From Octopus vulgaris (Eukaryota): a DNA stretch of 64,000 bases. Positions 12,456 through 25,024 of the stretch are shown here, piece by piece (position 1 is the stretch's first letter; each line of letters starts with the position of its first letter). The stretch is from positions 137,950,001 through 138,014,000 of the forward strand of contig OX597816.1 of the NCBI GenBank assembly GCA_951406725.2, read 5' to 3'. A program made the translations under genes and the position numbers. The notes beneath the pieces are model-generated. The model searched no databases, was not told the origin of the DNA, and saw only the letters and a list, made by a program, of their open reading frames with translations.

Positions 12456-13246
12456 CACACACACATGCAAAGAGAACGACAATAAAAAAGACTAAATATT
12501 TGTTTTAATACGGCATATGGCCATAGTGGTAATGGCAGAGGTGATGATGGGGAGGGGTACACAAAATGAGTTGATTATTACAACGAGGTGTAAAAAGGAA
12601 ATTAAGACAGATCATAGTGAGGTCTGCTCACAGAGACAGATCATAGTAACTTTGTGGTGGCAGCGGTGGTGGCTGGTGTTGATCACAGTTGTTTTCAAAT
12701 TTGTTTATGCTTCACCAAAGAGAATTTTTTTTTTGTTTTTTTGTTTTTTTTTGCTTTTTTTTTTTACAGTTGGAATAACAAAATGTTTCAATAAACCAAT
12801 TGTGAAAGTTAAACAGAATCTTTGGGAAGTGAAATATGTCTGTTGTGTGACAGCGTCTATTTCAATCACATTTTGGAATCTGTCAATATTGATTAACAAG
12901 TCAATGGAGACTGCCACCGACTGTCAGCAAAACTGGTTTTGTTGCCAGCTGGAAAAAGAAAAACAAAAACAGCAAAAATCTCATCGTCGTGGTGGTTGTA
13001 GTCGTGTCATCCTCCTCTTCTCCCTCCTTCTCAACGTTATTATCATCGTCGTTGACATTCATCTTCATCATCATCATCATCGTCATTGTCGTCGTCGTTG
13101 AAGTCGTCATCGTCATCACCTTTCTCTTTCTCCTTCTCCTTCTCCTCCTCCATCATCATCCTCCTCCTCCTCCTCCATCATCATCATCTTAATCTTTATC
13201 ATCATCTTCGTCGTCATTTTATCATCATCATCATCGCCGTCGCCGC

Positions 13247-13279
<33 letters not shown>

Positions 13280-14330
13280 CATCAACAACAACACCAATAA
13301 CTATCGACAGTACGTTAACAACATGAACGACAATACCATTAACAACGACAACAACAACAACAACAACAACAGAAGGAACCACAAAAAACTAAATAAATAA
13401 AATAGCAATAAAAACAAAAAAAAAACCCTTTTTCTAACTTGAAAAGATATCTGTTATTCTAGTGTCGCTGCTTGATTCTGCCTCTCTGTCTAACTAACTA
13501 ATTTCTTCCGTTTGTCACTCTCTGATGAGATACTGCCACGGGAATTTCCCCGCTTCCATGGCAGAAAGTAATAAATAGCCGGATATCGAGAAGATAGGAT
13601 TTTAAATGAGGCATAAGCGTTTCCTACCCGTTCATCTTTTCTGGTGCGCATTTCGTTGGCGTTCATTTTCTCATTATTCATTTGTCTACCCTTCGCTTCC
13701 ACCCACACTTTTATTCATCAGTTTATTTATCTATTTATTTGTGTTTAATGCTTTCTTTATACTTCATTTAGCTTATTCCTTTTTATTTTATTTTATTTGT
13801 TATTCTTTTTTTTGCATCATCTCTTCCGACCTTGCTGTAAATCTTACCATATATATCCATACACACACCACAAGCGCACAGTAGACGCATAAACACGTCA
13901 TCGCTGAATAGCCAATGCTGATTCATCTTCGGCTATACTATTGACGTCATTCAAACTCGTGGTAACTACAGTCTTCACAATTCTAATATCCTAGTGTGTC
14001 CACTATAAAATATTATATTCTCCCCAACCTCAACAACGTCGGACCAAAGTTATAGGACTTAATCTTTGGCATCCCTAGTTAATTTCCATCTAGCACTTTC
14101 AAAAAAGTGCCTATGCTTCGGATTAAAACAAACACAAAATAGTTAAACGGTGATGAAAACATAAAACCGAGGGCTAGGTCACACCAACACTCGGTTATTT
14201 CTCAATGTACGTCATTTTGAGGAGAATTTATGTAAGTGCGTGTCCGTCGATCAGGAACGACTGGGAGAAAAAGTACTCAATACAAAGGTAAAATGCAATT
14301 GTGTAATTGTTTATTTTAGCCGGTTCACTA

Positions 14331-14424
14331 ACCAGTTACTCGAGAGTTTTCCCGGCATATAACTGCTGATTCAGAAAAATCAAGAATTCAAATTATGTGG
14401 AGCAGCTCGCCTCATCACTCTGGT
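14331..14424 (-). ncRNA. Degenerate type-I hammerhead-like motif with extended stem II
   Basis: Minus strand: ACCAG-a-GTGATGA-GGC..gctgct...agcagt..GCC-gg-GAAA-ACTC-tc-GAGT-A-a-CTGGT; C3 replaced by G, extra bases before and after GAAA. Confidence 0.4.
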
Positions 14425-14655
14425 GGCAAAAGCAGTGTGAAAAAATTAGTATGAAAAAAAATAGGGCATATGTGAATTACTTAACAAATATACATACGCC
14501 ATTGGTTTGGGTAAGTATACGGCATGTAACCACAATAAGTAGAATTGAAAACAGAGGGTGATAGAAAAGTAAAAGAAAAAGAAAAAAGAGATGGAAAAAT
14601 GAGAGAGGGAACCAGTGTGTGTCTGCCAGCTCGCCGCCTTCGCCATATACAAATA

Positions 14656-14868
14656 CTGACTTCAAATTTTGGCACAATCCCAGCAGTTTGGGGGGAGGGG
14701 ATAAGTTGATTACATCGACCCAAATACTCAACTGATACTTATTTTATGGATCCTGAAATAATGAAAGGTAAAGTCGACCTCGGAAGAATTTCAACTCGGA
14801 ACGTATAGGCGGACGAAATGTCGCTAAGCAATTTTTCCGGCGGCTAACGATTCTGCCAACTCGCTGCC
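14656..14868 (-). mobile_element. Family-A SINE, tail-3 type; other minus copies at about 17830-17975 and 18720-18835
   Basis: Match to family-A head and core; begins ttcaaattttggcacaa on the plus strand. Confidence 0.8.
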
Positions 14869-16288
14869 TTACCATATACAAATATGAACGAGAAAAAATA
14901 TCAAAGTTAAGAAAGATTAACAATACACAGTTGTGTTCTGGATCGTTCCCTCATTGTGTGGTCTCGTCGTATTTGCCCTCATCGACTTTTTTTCTGTCAC
15001 TGATAACCTTCTCAGTCAACCTAACATAGAGATAAAAACTGTAACAGAGGGGATTTTTAATTAAGAAAAATAAAAAAAGACATTATGCCTAAGGTCATAA
15101 AAAGAGAAACACACCAAAGAGATTTCATGAAATATTCCATCCATTTCTACCATTGTAGACCAACAGAGGTAACTTCTGCTGGTCATTGCTATCGCACCGA
15201 ACACCAAGCTTATATCAGATATTATATTTCATAGACTTGTGTATCCTAAGGGAACCAGAAGTGATATATGCAGAAAGTGTTGTAACATAGCTTCCAGTCA
15301 AGCTTGCTCACGTAAACCAATGATCAAAGGAATTCTATGCTTAGCTGCTTAGCTTAACCATTCCGTCTTATTTTTCTAGACTTAACTTTACTTTTCTTGT
15401 TTTGTTTTTTTCTTATTTCGTTTGAAGTCGATAGGCTATGATCTATCTCTACGATATTTACGCACACATACACATGGTTTTGACAGTATATGACACCCAG
15501 GGAAGAACATACATAAAAATAACAACACTCCATTATCAGCGACATGTCTTCTATCGTTATTCTCATAATCATCATCGTCGTCGTTGTCGTTATTACCACG
15601 ACCACGACCATCCACTCATCCACTAAAACCACCATCTTCATAGTCATCACCCTTACCACCGATACCCCACCGTCCCCACTAATAACACCACCACCACCAC
15701 CATCATCACTGACGTTATTATCATCGTCATCATCGTCGTCGTCGTCGTCCTCCTCTTCCTCTTCCTCCTCCTCTTCCTCTTCCTCCTCCTCTTCCTCCTT
15801 CCTAATCGTTGTCGTTGTCATTATCGTTGTCGTCATCGTCGTCGACAACGACACTGCCACTGCCTACTCTAATACCACCACACAACCACCATCACCAGCA
15901 CCATCACCATTACTAACACCACCACCCCCTCCCCCTCCACCACCACCACCACCACAACCACCACCACTACCACTACCACAACCAGCACCACCAGAAGTAC
16001 AACCGCCACTACAACTACTACCACCACCATACCACCAGAAGTGGCGCTGAACCACTTACCCCAACTACCAAGACATCCACCAAGACATCCATCAAGACAT
16101 CCACCAATCTACATTGTTATTTTCCATAAAGACAACAACGCATTATCTTCTGATTTCACAAATACAACAACAGCAATTAGAGTAACAGGAAGAAGTGGAA
16201 GACCTAGAAGAAGAAGAAGAAGTGGAAGAAGAAGAAGAAGAAGAAGAAGAAGAAGAAGAAGAAGAAGAAGAAGAAGAAGAAGAAGAAG

Positions 16289-16319
<31 letters not shown>

Positions 16320-16649
16320 GGAAAAGGCAAATTAAAAGGAAGTATGTAATAGCTATTTTTCAAACATTTACCACAACAACGGTCTCCAATATGTTGGTGT
16401 GTCATACATTCCAAGAGATGTCATATGTCAGTCAATTCCAGTTGCCAACATTTCCAGTTAATGAATGTTTTCAGCAGGAATTATCGCCTCATTTCAATGG
16501 CATTATTTTTACACACGCTTCTTTCTGAGAAATCTACAGCTTGGGTTCATATTTACAGTACTTACTAGCTAGAGTACTACTAAGACATTTGAACCCGTGT
16601 ATGATTCCCTTTTTACTGGGAACAATGATAAATGTGGAACTGATTAAAT

Positions 16650-17480
16650 CGAATGTGTTAATTCGATTTCTACCGAATTGATCAAAAATTAACTTTTCAC
16701 ATAAGGAGAGAACGGGGCGCACTATTTTCCTATCGCCGACCAATTGGGAGATCGCAGAAGATAAGAAACCGGTTAAGATGATCATGAAACAAAGATTTGG
16801 GCTTTCATGAGGCTCATCCCCAGTTTCGATCTCGCTGAAGAGGATCATCTTTGAGAGCCACTTATCTGGTATCCGGATCATATGGTCAACCCAGCGGAGA
16901 AGGGGACTAAAGATGCACGCCTCAGAGTTCTTGATCCCAGGCCTCTGCGGGGTTTCGGTATGGGGCGATTTAATATGAAACACTTCTTACTGTCTGATCT
17001 GGCGCCGATTAAAGGTCCAATGATCAGACCCGTACAGGATTATGGACGCAGAGACAGCTCTATAAACGGAGATGTTTATACTTGCTTTAAGCTTCTTGTT
17101 TTGAAAGACTCGTTTGCTGAGCATTCTGGAAGATGCAGAGGCCAAGTTGATCTGATGGAGTATGTCCTCGTCAAAGAGTCCAGTATTAGAGATCGTGCTT
17201 CCACGATAGGACAATGAATCCATCTACGGTAGAAGAGCATCATCAATGAGGACGCACAGTGGGGGAGGTAAACACAGGAAGGCTGATGAAAGAACTGCAG
17301 TTTTTCGATAATTCACTTAAAAATCCTGGCAAAAATAGGCGTTGCTCATCAAGCTCGTCGTGTGTTGCAGAGAAGATGAGGTATGAGATGGTGCAGCTGA
17401 ACCATCAGCCTACTAAATCTGGTACTCCGTGGTTGAGAAGGTTTCTGATGAATTTTTAAGGCGGTGTGTGTTAAAGATGC
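16650..17480 (-). mobile_element. Degraded RTE-clade LINE, RT C-terminal fragment
   Basis: Minus ORFs give SYRGSTIS..., KISVYRAV-like, LYGSDHWT, LRWVDHMIRIPD, typical of the RTE RT thumb region; stops and frameshifts. Confidence 0.8.
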
Positions 17481-18383
17481 TGTCATCATAGCGGTACATG
17501 ATACGAATGTGTGATACACGTCACAATAATAGTGGTTAACATCATTGTTAAAATTACGTCATTTACAGCCCATTTAAGAATAGTGAATGAAGACAACATA
17601 GAAACAACAAACTTGACTGCATTTCTTGCGTGGGTAAGTTGAGTCGATACGGTCACTGTTGCAAATATTCTTTTTTGATTGGGATATATACGAAATTATA
17701 TATACAAACATGTATATACATTATCTATAGAAGGGTGTTATAATCCAAATTGTTTCTTCGTGAAGCAGATCCGTTCGCTCAGGTTATTAAATGTATGTAT
17801 ATAAAAGAGAAAAACCATACTTACTAGTTGACGCGTACTTATTTTTATCGAACCCGAGAGGATAAAAAAAACAAGGTCGACCTGGGCGGAATTTGAACTC
17901 AGAACGTGAAGACGGACGAAATGCTATTAAGCATTTTGCTCGGCGTACTTAACGATTCCGCCAGCTCGCTGCCTTAATACTAACAACAACAACAATAATA
18001 ATGATTACTTTATTAACCACTAAGGGTTACAAATAAAGCATTATGGACAACACAGGACAAATACAATGTGGGATTACATGAAAAGCGTGTAAACAATAAA
18101 AAACAAAAACAATAATCGAATATAACAACAAAATTCCCCAAAAGAGGAAGACCTCCTAGGACTGATCGTCCACAACAGTCCTTGAAGAATCTTTAGTCGA
18201 ATGAAATGACGCCAGTACTTATTGTTTTAAGCCTGGTAGTAATTCTATCGATCACTATTGATCACAATAACATGTGGTTGTGGGGCCAGACACCGGCGCA
18301 AGACACTCTCTCTCTCACCCTCCACACACACACACACACACGCACGCACGCACACTAACTTACGTCGGTATTTTTTCAGTTTT

Positions 18384-18615
18384 AGGTGGCGAGCTGGCAG
18401 AAACATTAGCACGCTGGGCGAAATGCTTAGCGGTATTTCGTCTGCCGTTACGTTCTGAGTTCAAATTCCGCCGAGGTCGACTTTGCCTTTCATCCTTTCG
18501 GGGTCGATTAAATAAGTACCAGTTACGCACTGGGGTCGATGTAATCGACTTAATACCTATGTCTGTCCTTGTTTGTCCCCTCTGTGTTTAGCCCCTTGTG
18601 GGTAATAAAGAAATA
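18384..18615 (+). mobile_element. SINE A1 with 16-bp TSD inside a minus-strand family-B SINE (about 18172-18705)
   Basis: TSD ggtattttttcagttt at 18367 and 18616. Confidence 0.92.
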
Positions 18616-18906
18616 GGTATTTTTTCAGTTTCCATTTACCAAATCCACTCAAAAGACTTTCTTCGGCCCGAGGATATAGTAGAAGATACTTGGCAAAGGT
18701 GGCATAAAAACTAATAAACGTTTCTCCTATAGGCAAAAGGCTTGAAATTTGGGTGGGGTGTAAGTTGATTACATCGACCGCAGTACGTAACTGGTAGTTA
18801 TTTTATCAATCCCGATGAAAGGCAAAGGATGAAAAAGCGAAATTAGTCTAGGTCACGAGTTGACTACCAAAGTATGTACACATGCATGTATACATACATA
18901 CATACA

Positions 18907-18938
<32 letters not shown>

Positions 18939-19011
18939 CAAATATATAGGTTTGTACGTAGGTATTAAATATTTACCATATTCACACATACACACACACA
19001 CTCACATATAT

Positions 19012-19083
<72 letters not shown>

Positions 19084-19087
<4 letters not shown>

Positions 19088-19248
19088 TGGAAGCGTGGGT
19101 GTGTGGTTAGATACTTGCTTCACAAACACAAGATCTCGTGTTCAGTCTCATTGCATGCCACCTTGGACAAGTGTCTTCTACTAGAGCCCCTGACCGACCA
19201 AAGACACGTGAGTGGATTTTTAGACGGAAACTGAAAGAAGTCCGTCGG

Positions 19249-19313
<65 letters not shown>

Positions 19314-19520
19314 CGCGTGTCTGTGTTTGTCTAACCATCGTCGCTTGACAATCAGTGTTGGTGCGTTTACATCCCCGTAATCAAGTGGTTCAGCAACAGA
19401 TACTGATAGATTGAGTACTATACTTTAAAAAAGACATGGGGTCGATTTCTTCGACTAAAAAACCCTCAAGGCGGTGTCCTGCATGGCCGCAGTCAGATGC
19501 TTGAAACAAATAAAAATAAA
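19084..19520 (+). mobile_element. SINE family B
   Basis: Collinear with the 24162 and 43645 copies. Confidence 0.85.
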
Positions 19521-19567
19521 TACCAGAATAAAAGAATAGACACGCCTCCCACCCCATATATATATAT

Positions 19568-20000
19568 TGTTGTGACCCCCTTCGGTCATGAATGAACATG
19601 GGATTGCAGCTAGAAACTTACCCTCCGAGGCACAAGTCTGGGCAAGGTTGTTTATGGAAAATCAGCAGTCGCCCACGCATACCAGCCTCCCCTCTCAACG
19701 CCACCGATGTTATCCAAGGGAAAGGTAAAGGCTGATACAGCTTGGCACCAGTGACGTCGCAGCTCATTTATTAACGTGCAAGTGGCCGAGCACTCCACAG
19801 ACACGTGTAACCTCAACGTGGCACAGAGTGTGACAAAGCTGGCCCTTTGAAATACACGTACTACTCATTTTTACCAGATGAGTGGACTGAAGCAACGTGA
19901 CAGGAATTGTTTTACTCAAGGGCTCAACGCGTTGCCAGAAATTGAACTCATGACCTTGCGGTCGTAAGTCGAATACTCTAACCACTAAGCGACGCGCCTT
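19568..20000 (-). mobile_element. tRNA-derived SINE family C (about 19770-20000; relatives at 53263-53562(-) and 9721-9935(+)) next to a different repeat fragment (19568-19770)
   Basis: Minus head aggcgcgtcgcttagtggttagag...gagttcaatttc (A and B boxes); body matches the 53263-53562 copy. Confidence 0.7.
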
Positions 20001-20528
20001 CACTTGATTTAACTGGGGTTGGTCAAATTGATGTAGACACCCAATAAGTTTTTGAAATCGATTAAGGTTATTCATCGATATTATATTTTTCGATCTAAGG
20101 AGAATTAGCTAAATTAGCCCTGTTTATATATTTTCTACATAGGTTACGCACACACAAACACAAATGCATACACACTTCAAGAAAAGAAAAAAACCTTAAA
20201 ATTATATTTTAATAGTAAATTTATTCAGACATCACGGGATTAATATAAGTTACCTTTTGCTTCTACTATCATAGGTGTCGCAGTAGTGTGCGTCATGTTG
20301 TTGAAAGAAAAATTCATCGTTTCTATAAAGTCCATGTTTGGCAGGTAAAATGGACGTGCGTGGCATGTCTTGTACGCTTAACCAGTAACTTCAAAGAAAC
20401 ACGGTCCTATTAAACCTCTTGCTGACTCTGCGCATTAGACATTGATCTCCGGTAAATTTGACCACTTTGTCCACAATCCCGTGATGTCTGAATTTAATAT
20501 TAAAATATTGTATGTATTTTTTGGATGA

Positions 20529-20622
<94 letters not shown>

Positions 20623-20803
20623 GTCTGTCTATCTGTCTGTCTGTCTGTCTGCTGACTGTCTGTCTGTCTGTCTGTCTAGCTAGCTATCTACCTACCCACA
20701 TGCATATCTGCCTGCCTGTCTGTATATCTATCTATCAAACAACCTAGCTACCTAGCTACCTACCTACCTACCTACCTACCTACCTACCTACTTACCTACC
20801 TAC

Positions 20804-20862
<59 letters not shown>

Positions 20863-20867
20863 ACTAC

Positions 20868-20906
<39 letters not shown>

Positions 20907-20960
20907 CCTGTCTGTCTGTCTGGCAATGTATGTATGTATGTATGTATGTATGTATGTATG

Positions 20961-21041
<81 letters not shown>

Positions 21042-21070
21042 GCCTACCTGCCTGTTTGTCTGTCTGTCTA
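20529..21070. repeat. Compound tetranucleotide microsatellite (CTAT/CTGT/CTAC/TATG)
   Basis: Direct reading. Confidence 0.95.
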
Positions 21071-21561
21071 TTCCTCAAAAGATATAATGATCACCTAAGT
21101 GGAGTCAGGTCTTTTTGAATCCCGAGGAAGTCCAACCATAAAATAGTATGAATGTGGCAATTTCCTTGACATTAACCAACATGTTTTGGAGATTCCCATC
21201 TACTTATTGGTTTGACAGAAACATATATGTAGGTTTTTCTTACGTTATTTTCTTAACTCTTTTGAGCTTTCAATTTCCAATGTATTTGTTATTTTTTTAT
21301 TTAAAAAAAAAACGTCATCTTTCAAGAACATGAAAATAAATCAGTAATTACATCCATTTATTCTTCATTTTCTTCTCCTTGTTTTTCCCTATGTATATAC
21401 ATATGTGTGTGTATGCGTGTATATATATATATACACACACACACACACAAACAAAAACACACGCATACGTGCGCACACACACACATACACACACATATGC
21501 ACACTGTAAAACTTTTTTTTATTATGACAGTGACCATATTCTTTCATGTTTTCCAGAAAAG

Positions 21562-22074
21562 ATGTCTTTTTCTAAAGTTGCTGTCACAAGAAGCCTATTA
21601 TACATAATAACCGGTTTCTCTACTATCATCGGAATAAATGAAGCGTTTTATTTGCAATCAACCGATATTTTAAGTATTCAACCCACAGATAGTACCGTTC
21701 CAGAAGGAAACTCTATTTCCTTTATTTGCAATTCATGGAAAAAAAGGAATCTAACGTGGCTTCTTCCAAACAACCGAATAGTCAAAAAGCATCATGGCGG
21801 ACGTATTAAGCAAATTTCAAATCGGCTCACAATTAAGAATGCTAAGGTCACTGATTCGGGCGTTTATACGTGTTTTCAAGATGAAAGCACTTCAAACATC
21901 AGCCTGAAAGTATTTGTGAAACCAAGGTATAGTTATTACTTGGAAGAATTGGCCATGATAGGTTTTAACTGTTGTTTAACTGCCATATTTATTTTGTGTT
22001 GTGCCTTGAAGTTCGCTAGTTTTTACGAGAAGAAACACCAGAAAAGCCACATCTATACTTCTACTAACATTTAA
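21562..22074 (+). CDS. 170-aa type-I membrane protein: signal peptide, one Ig-like (I-set-like) domain, TM helix, short cytoplasmic tail
   Basis: MSFSKVAVTRSLLYIITGFSTIIG (hydrophobic N-terminus); VPEGNSISFIC...LTW...LTIKNAKVTDSGVYTC (B-strand Cys, C-strand Trp, DxGxYxC); LAMIGFNCCLTAIFILCCALKF (TM). Acceptor ctttcatgttttccag ends at 21556, 5 nt before the ATG; the first 61 codons of the tracked ORF are microsatellite. Confidence 0.85.
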   Translation: MSFSKVAVTRSLLYIITGFSTIIGINEAFYLQSTDILSIQPTDSTVPEGNSISFICNSWKKRNLTWLLPNNRIVKKHHGGRIKQISNRLTIKNAKVTDSGVYTCFQDESTSNISLKVFVKPRYSYYLEELAMIGFNCCLTAIFILCCALKFASFYEKKHQKSHIYTSTNI

Positions 22075-22410
22075 AGATTATGTGTAGTAGTACTAATGAT
22101 ACTATTAATGATTATAATAATTATTGTAAAAATAATAATAATAATAATGATCTTTTCGAGATTTTGGCACAAGCGCGGCAGATGAAGGAACATGTTTTAA
22201 AGACAAATGACATAACAGTGAATATTTTAGATTCAATATGACAGGCAGACGACAAATGGAAACAAAGAATTAAATAACGTGAAATGCAAAAGATATGTGT
22301 GTGTATGTGAGTGTGTGTGTATGCATGTAAATATATACTATATTTGCTTATATATATATATATATATGCCCATATATATGCGTTTGTGTGTATGCATATA
22401 TATGTATGTA

Positions 22411-22458
<48 letters not shown>

Positions 22459-22459
22459 T

Positions 22460-22517
<58 letters not shown>

Positions 22518-22744
22518 AAGTATACATATATGAATATACATATATATATATGTATATATACATACATACATAAATACATACATATATACTACATCCATAC
22601 ATACATACATGTACCAAAGATGTTGGTAAAATGTAGATATAGTGACAATGTAAAGGAACTCTTTAAAAAATGGCGTGGTATCATATTGAAATAAATCTAT
22701 TTCTATATTATCAAGTGCTTTATTCTTCGTATTAGCTTTGCCTT

Positions 22745-22979
22745 CTTTTAGCTTTTACTTGTTTGTCTCACTAGACTTGAAGAATTTTAGTCGAAGAAAA
22801 CGACTCCAATTTGTGTTTCTTAAACTTCGCACTTATTCTATCGGTTCCTTTGCCGAAACGCTCGCTAAGTTACTGGGATGTAAACACATGTCGAACGGTT
22901 TTCCAGAAGTGGTGGCAGACAAACACAGACTCAATAACAAAAATACGCGCGCGCATGCCCACACACACTCACACACACA

Positions 22980-23041
<62 letters not shown>

Positions 23042-23190
23042 TCGTATCACGAATTTCTTTCAGTTTCCGTCTACAAAATCCAATCCGAAGTCTATATAGT
23101 ACATGACACTCGACCAAGGTGCCGCGTTCTGGGCCTGTACTCAGAACCATGTCATTATGAACCAAACTTCTTATCACAAAGCCACGCCTT
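22745..23190 (-). mobile_element. SINE family B, diverged
   Basis: Reverse-complement match to family B including the internal (CA)n. Confidence 0.75.
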
Positions 23191-23439
23191 TGTACGGGAA
23201 AACCTACTTTTTTCTGTCGATGGTTTATATGTTCCATTATTAGACTATTTTCTTTAGTCATTGCGCGCTGATTACTTATAAGCTTTAAGCTTACAAAATA
23301 ATAATGTTATTATTTACAGAATTGTAAAAATTGATACTGCTTAACAAAGACCATCTCACAAAAGCACATAAAATTTGTTTACAAAAACAACACTACGAAC
23401 TAATTATAGTTGTTACACCTCACGGGAAGAAGTAAGATT

Positions 23440-23511
23440 GTACGTGGATGTAAATGGTAGCACACTTATCGCAAAAACAAAGAGATGTGGATTCGTGTCC
23501 CACGCGTACCG
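23440..23511 (+). pseudogene. tRNA-like sequence (pseudo-tRNA or SINE head) inside a tandem duplication of about 305-bp period
   Basis: Acceptor-like tgtacgt/gcgtacc, D-arm-like atgtaaatggtagcac, T-arm gtgga-ttcgtgt-cccac; anticodon arm does not pair cleanly. Confidence 0.45.
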
Positions 23512-23639
23512 ATAAACCTCCGTAGAGAGCTTATATGCCTCTTTATTAGACTATTTTCTTTAGGCTTTGCATGGTGATCGCTTGTAAACTTTGAGCTTAT
23601 AAAATACTACTGTTATTATTATTATTATTATTATTACTA

Positions 23640-23890
23640 TTCAGTAGTTTTATTTTTATAGCGTGCTTTCACTTCACTACCGAGCGCAGCTCTGTGTGCC
23701 TTGGGTATGTGCTGTGATTTGTTGTGATGCTCTGATGGTTATTGTATGGAAAATGTTCTGCGTAGGATGTGTGCAGTGCCCAGTAGTGCAATTTTCTGTA
23801 TGTTATATGCGTTTGTAAGTCCTGGTGTTTTTGTTATGTATTTGTCTGAATATTTTTTTTATCATGCCTAATGCACCTACTATGATAGGA

Positions 23891-23893
<3 letters not shown>
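23640..23893 (-). mobile_element. 5'-truncated RLE-type non-LTR retrotransposon (R4/Dong-like) 3' end within (TAA)n
   Basis: Minus translation [50 protein letters not shown] (one frameshift in an A run) plus about 100-bp 3' UTR; (TTA)n on both sides. Confidence 0.75.
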
Positions 23894-23965
<72 letters not shown>

Positions 23966-24020
23966 CATTATTATTATTTACAGAATCGTAAAAATCGACG
24001 CTGCTTACCAAAAACCATCG

Positions 24021-24086
<66 letters not shown>

Positions 24087-24088
24087 AT

Positions 24089-24142
<54 letters not shown>

Positions 24143-24161
24143 TATGAAAATACATAGATAT

Positions 24162-24561
24162 ATAGGCGCAGGAGTGGCTGTGTGGTAAGTAGCTTGTTTA
24201 CCAACAACATGGTTCCGGGTTCAGTCCCACTGCGTGGCACCTTGGGCAGGTGTCTTCTACTATAGCCTCGGGCCGACCAAAGCCTTCTGAGTGGATTTGG
24301 TAGACGGAAACTAAAGAAGCCCGTCGTATATATTTATATATATATATGTGCGTGTGTGTTTGTGTGTCTGTGTTTGTCCCCCTAGTATTGCTTGACAACC
24401 GATGCTGGTGTGTTTATGTCCCCGTAACTTAGCGGTTCGGCAAAAGAGACCGATAGAATAAGTACTGGGCTTACAAAGAATAAGTCCCAGGTCAAGTTGC
24501 TCGATTAAAGGTGGTGCTCCAGCATGGCCGCAGTCAAATGACTGAAGCAAGTAAAAGAGTA
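24162..24561 (+). mobile_element. SINE family B, young full-length copy
   Basis: Near-identical to 43645-44108(+) and 57952-58358(-). Confidence 0.92.
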
Positions 24562-25024
24562 TATGTATATATATGTTTGTTTGAATGTATATCTACACAC
24601 ACATACGCACATTTACACACACGCATACACACACATATTTAAATAATCGTTAGGGAAGACAGAGTGTACTCTAAGTTTTATTTAGCACGACGATCGCTTC
24701 GGCTTACATCTGCACTGCTCCCAAGAGGATGGCTATTGATATAACGGAATCGAATGCACCATACAGGGCAGAAGAAACCTCACCGGGTTACCTTATACGT
24801 TAGAGTGTTATAATATGTACATTTCGCTACTGTGTGTGGTTGGAGGGTGTTGGAATATGTGCGTTGATAGTAGTTCTGAAATCCATTTTACAAGGCAGGA
24901 TGTTTGGTAGGTCAACCCAATACGTAGAATTTCCCTTGTTGACACATTTATAAGAAAATGAACTGATGTGATAAAGCAACAAGGATTACTAAAAAGGTGT
25001 GGAATTATCTATGTCATATTAATA

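Noticed and set aside
11883-12495. Poly-Asp ORF resembling an acidic shell-matrix protein
   Set aside because: Pure (GAT/GAC)n, open in several frames on both strands, no signal peptide or convincing exon context
12725-12960. Strong polypyrimidine tract with acag acceptor near 12768 in a 194-aa ORF
   Set aside because: No recognisable protein or clear donor; such tracts are common in this DNA
15354-16414. Pro-, Ser-, Arg- and Glu-rich ORFs
   Set aside because: Trinucleotide low-complexity sequence with no domain signal
21379-21561. N-terminal extension of the Ig ORF in the track
   Set aside because: Starts at TTG, runs through (TA)/(CA) repeats and lies upstream of the splice acceptor at 21556
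21990-22074. Tyrosines in the Ig-protein tail as ITIM/ITAM
   Set aside because: FYEKK and IYTST lack the hydrophobic residue at Y+3
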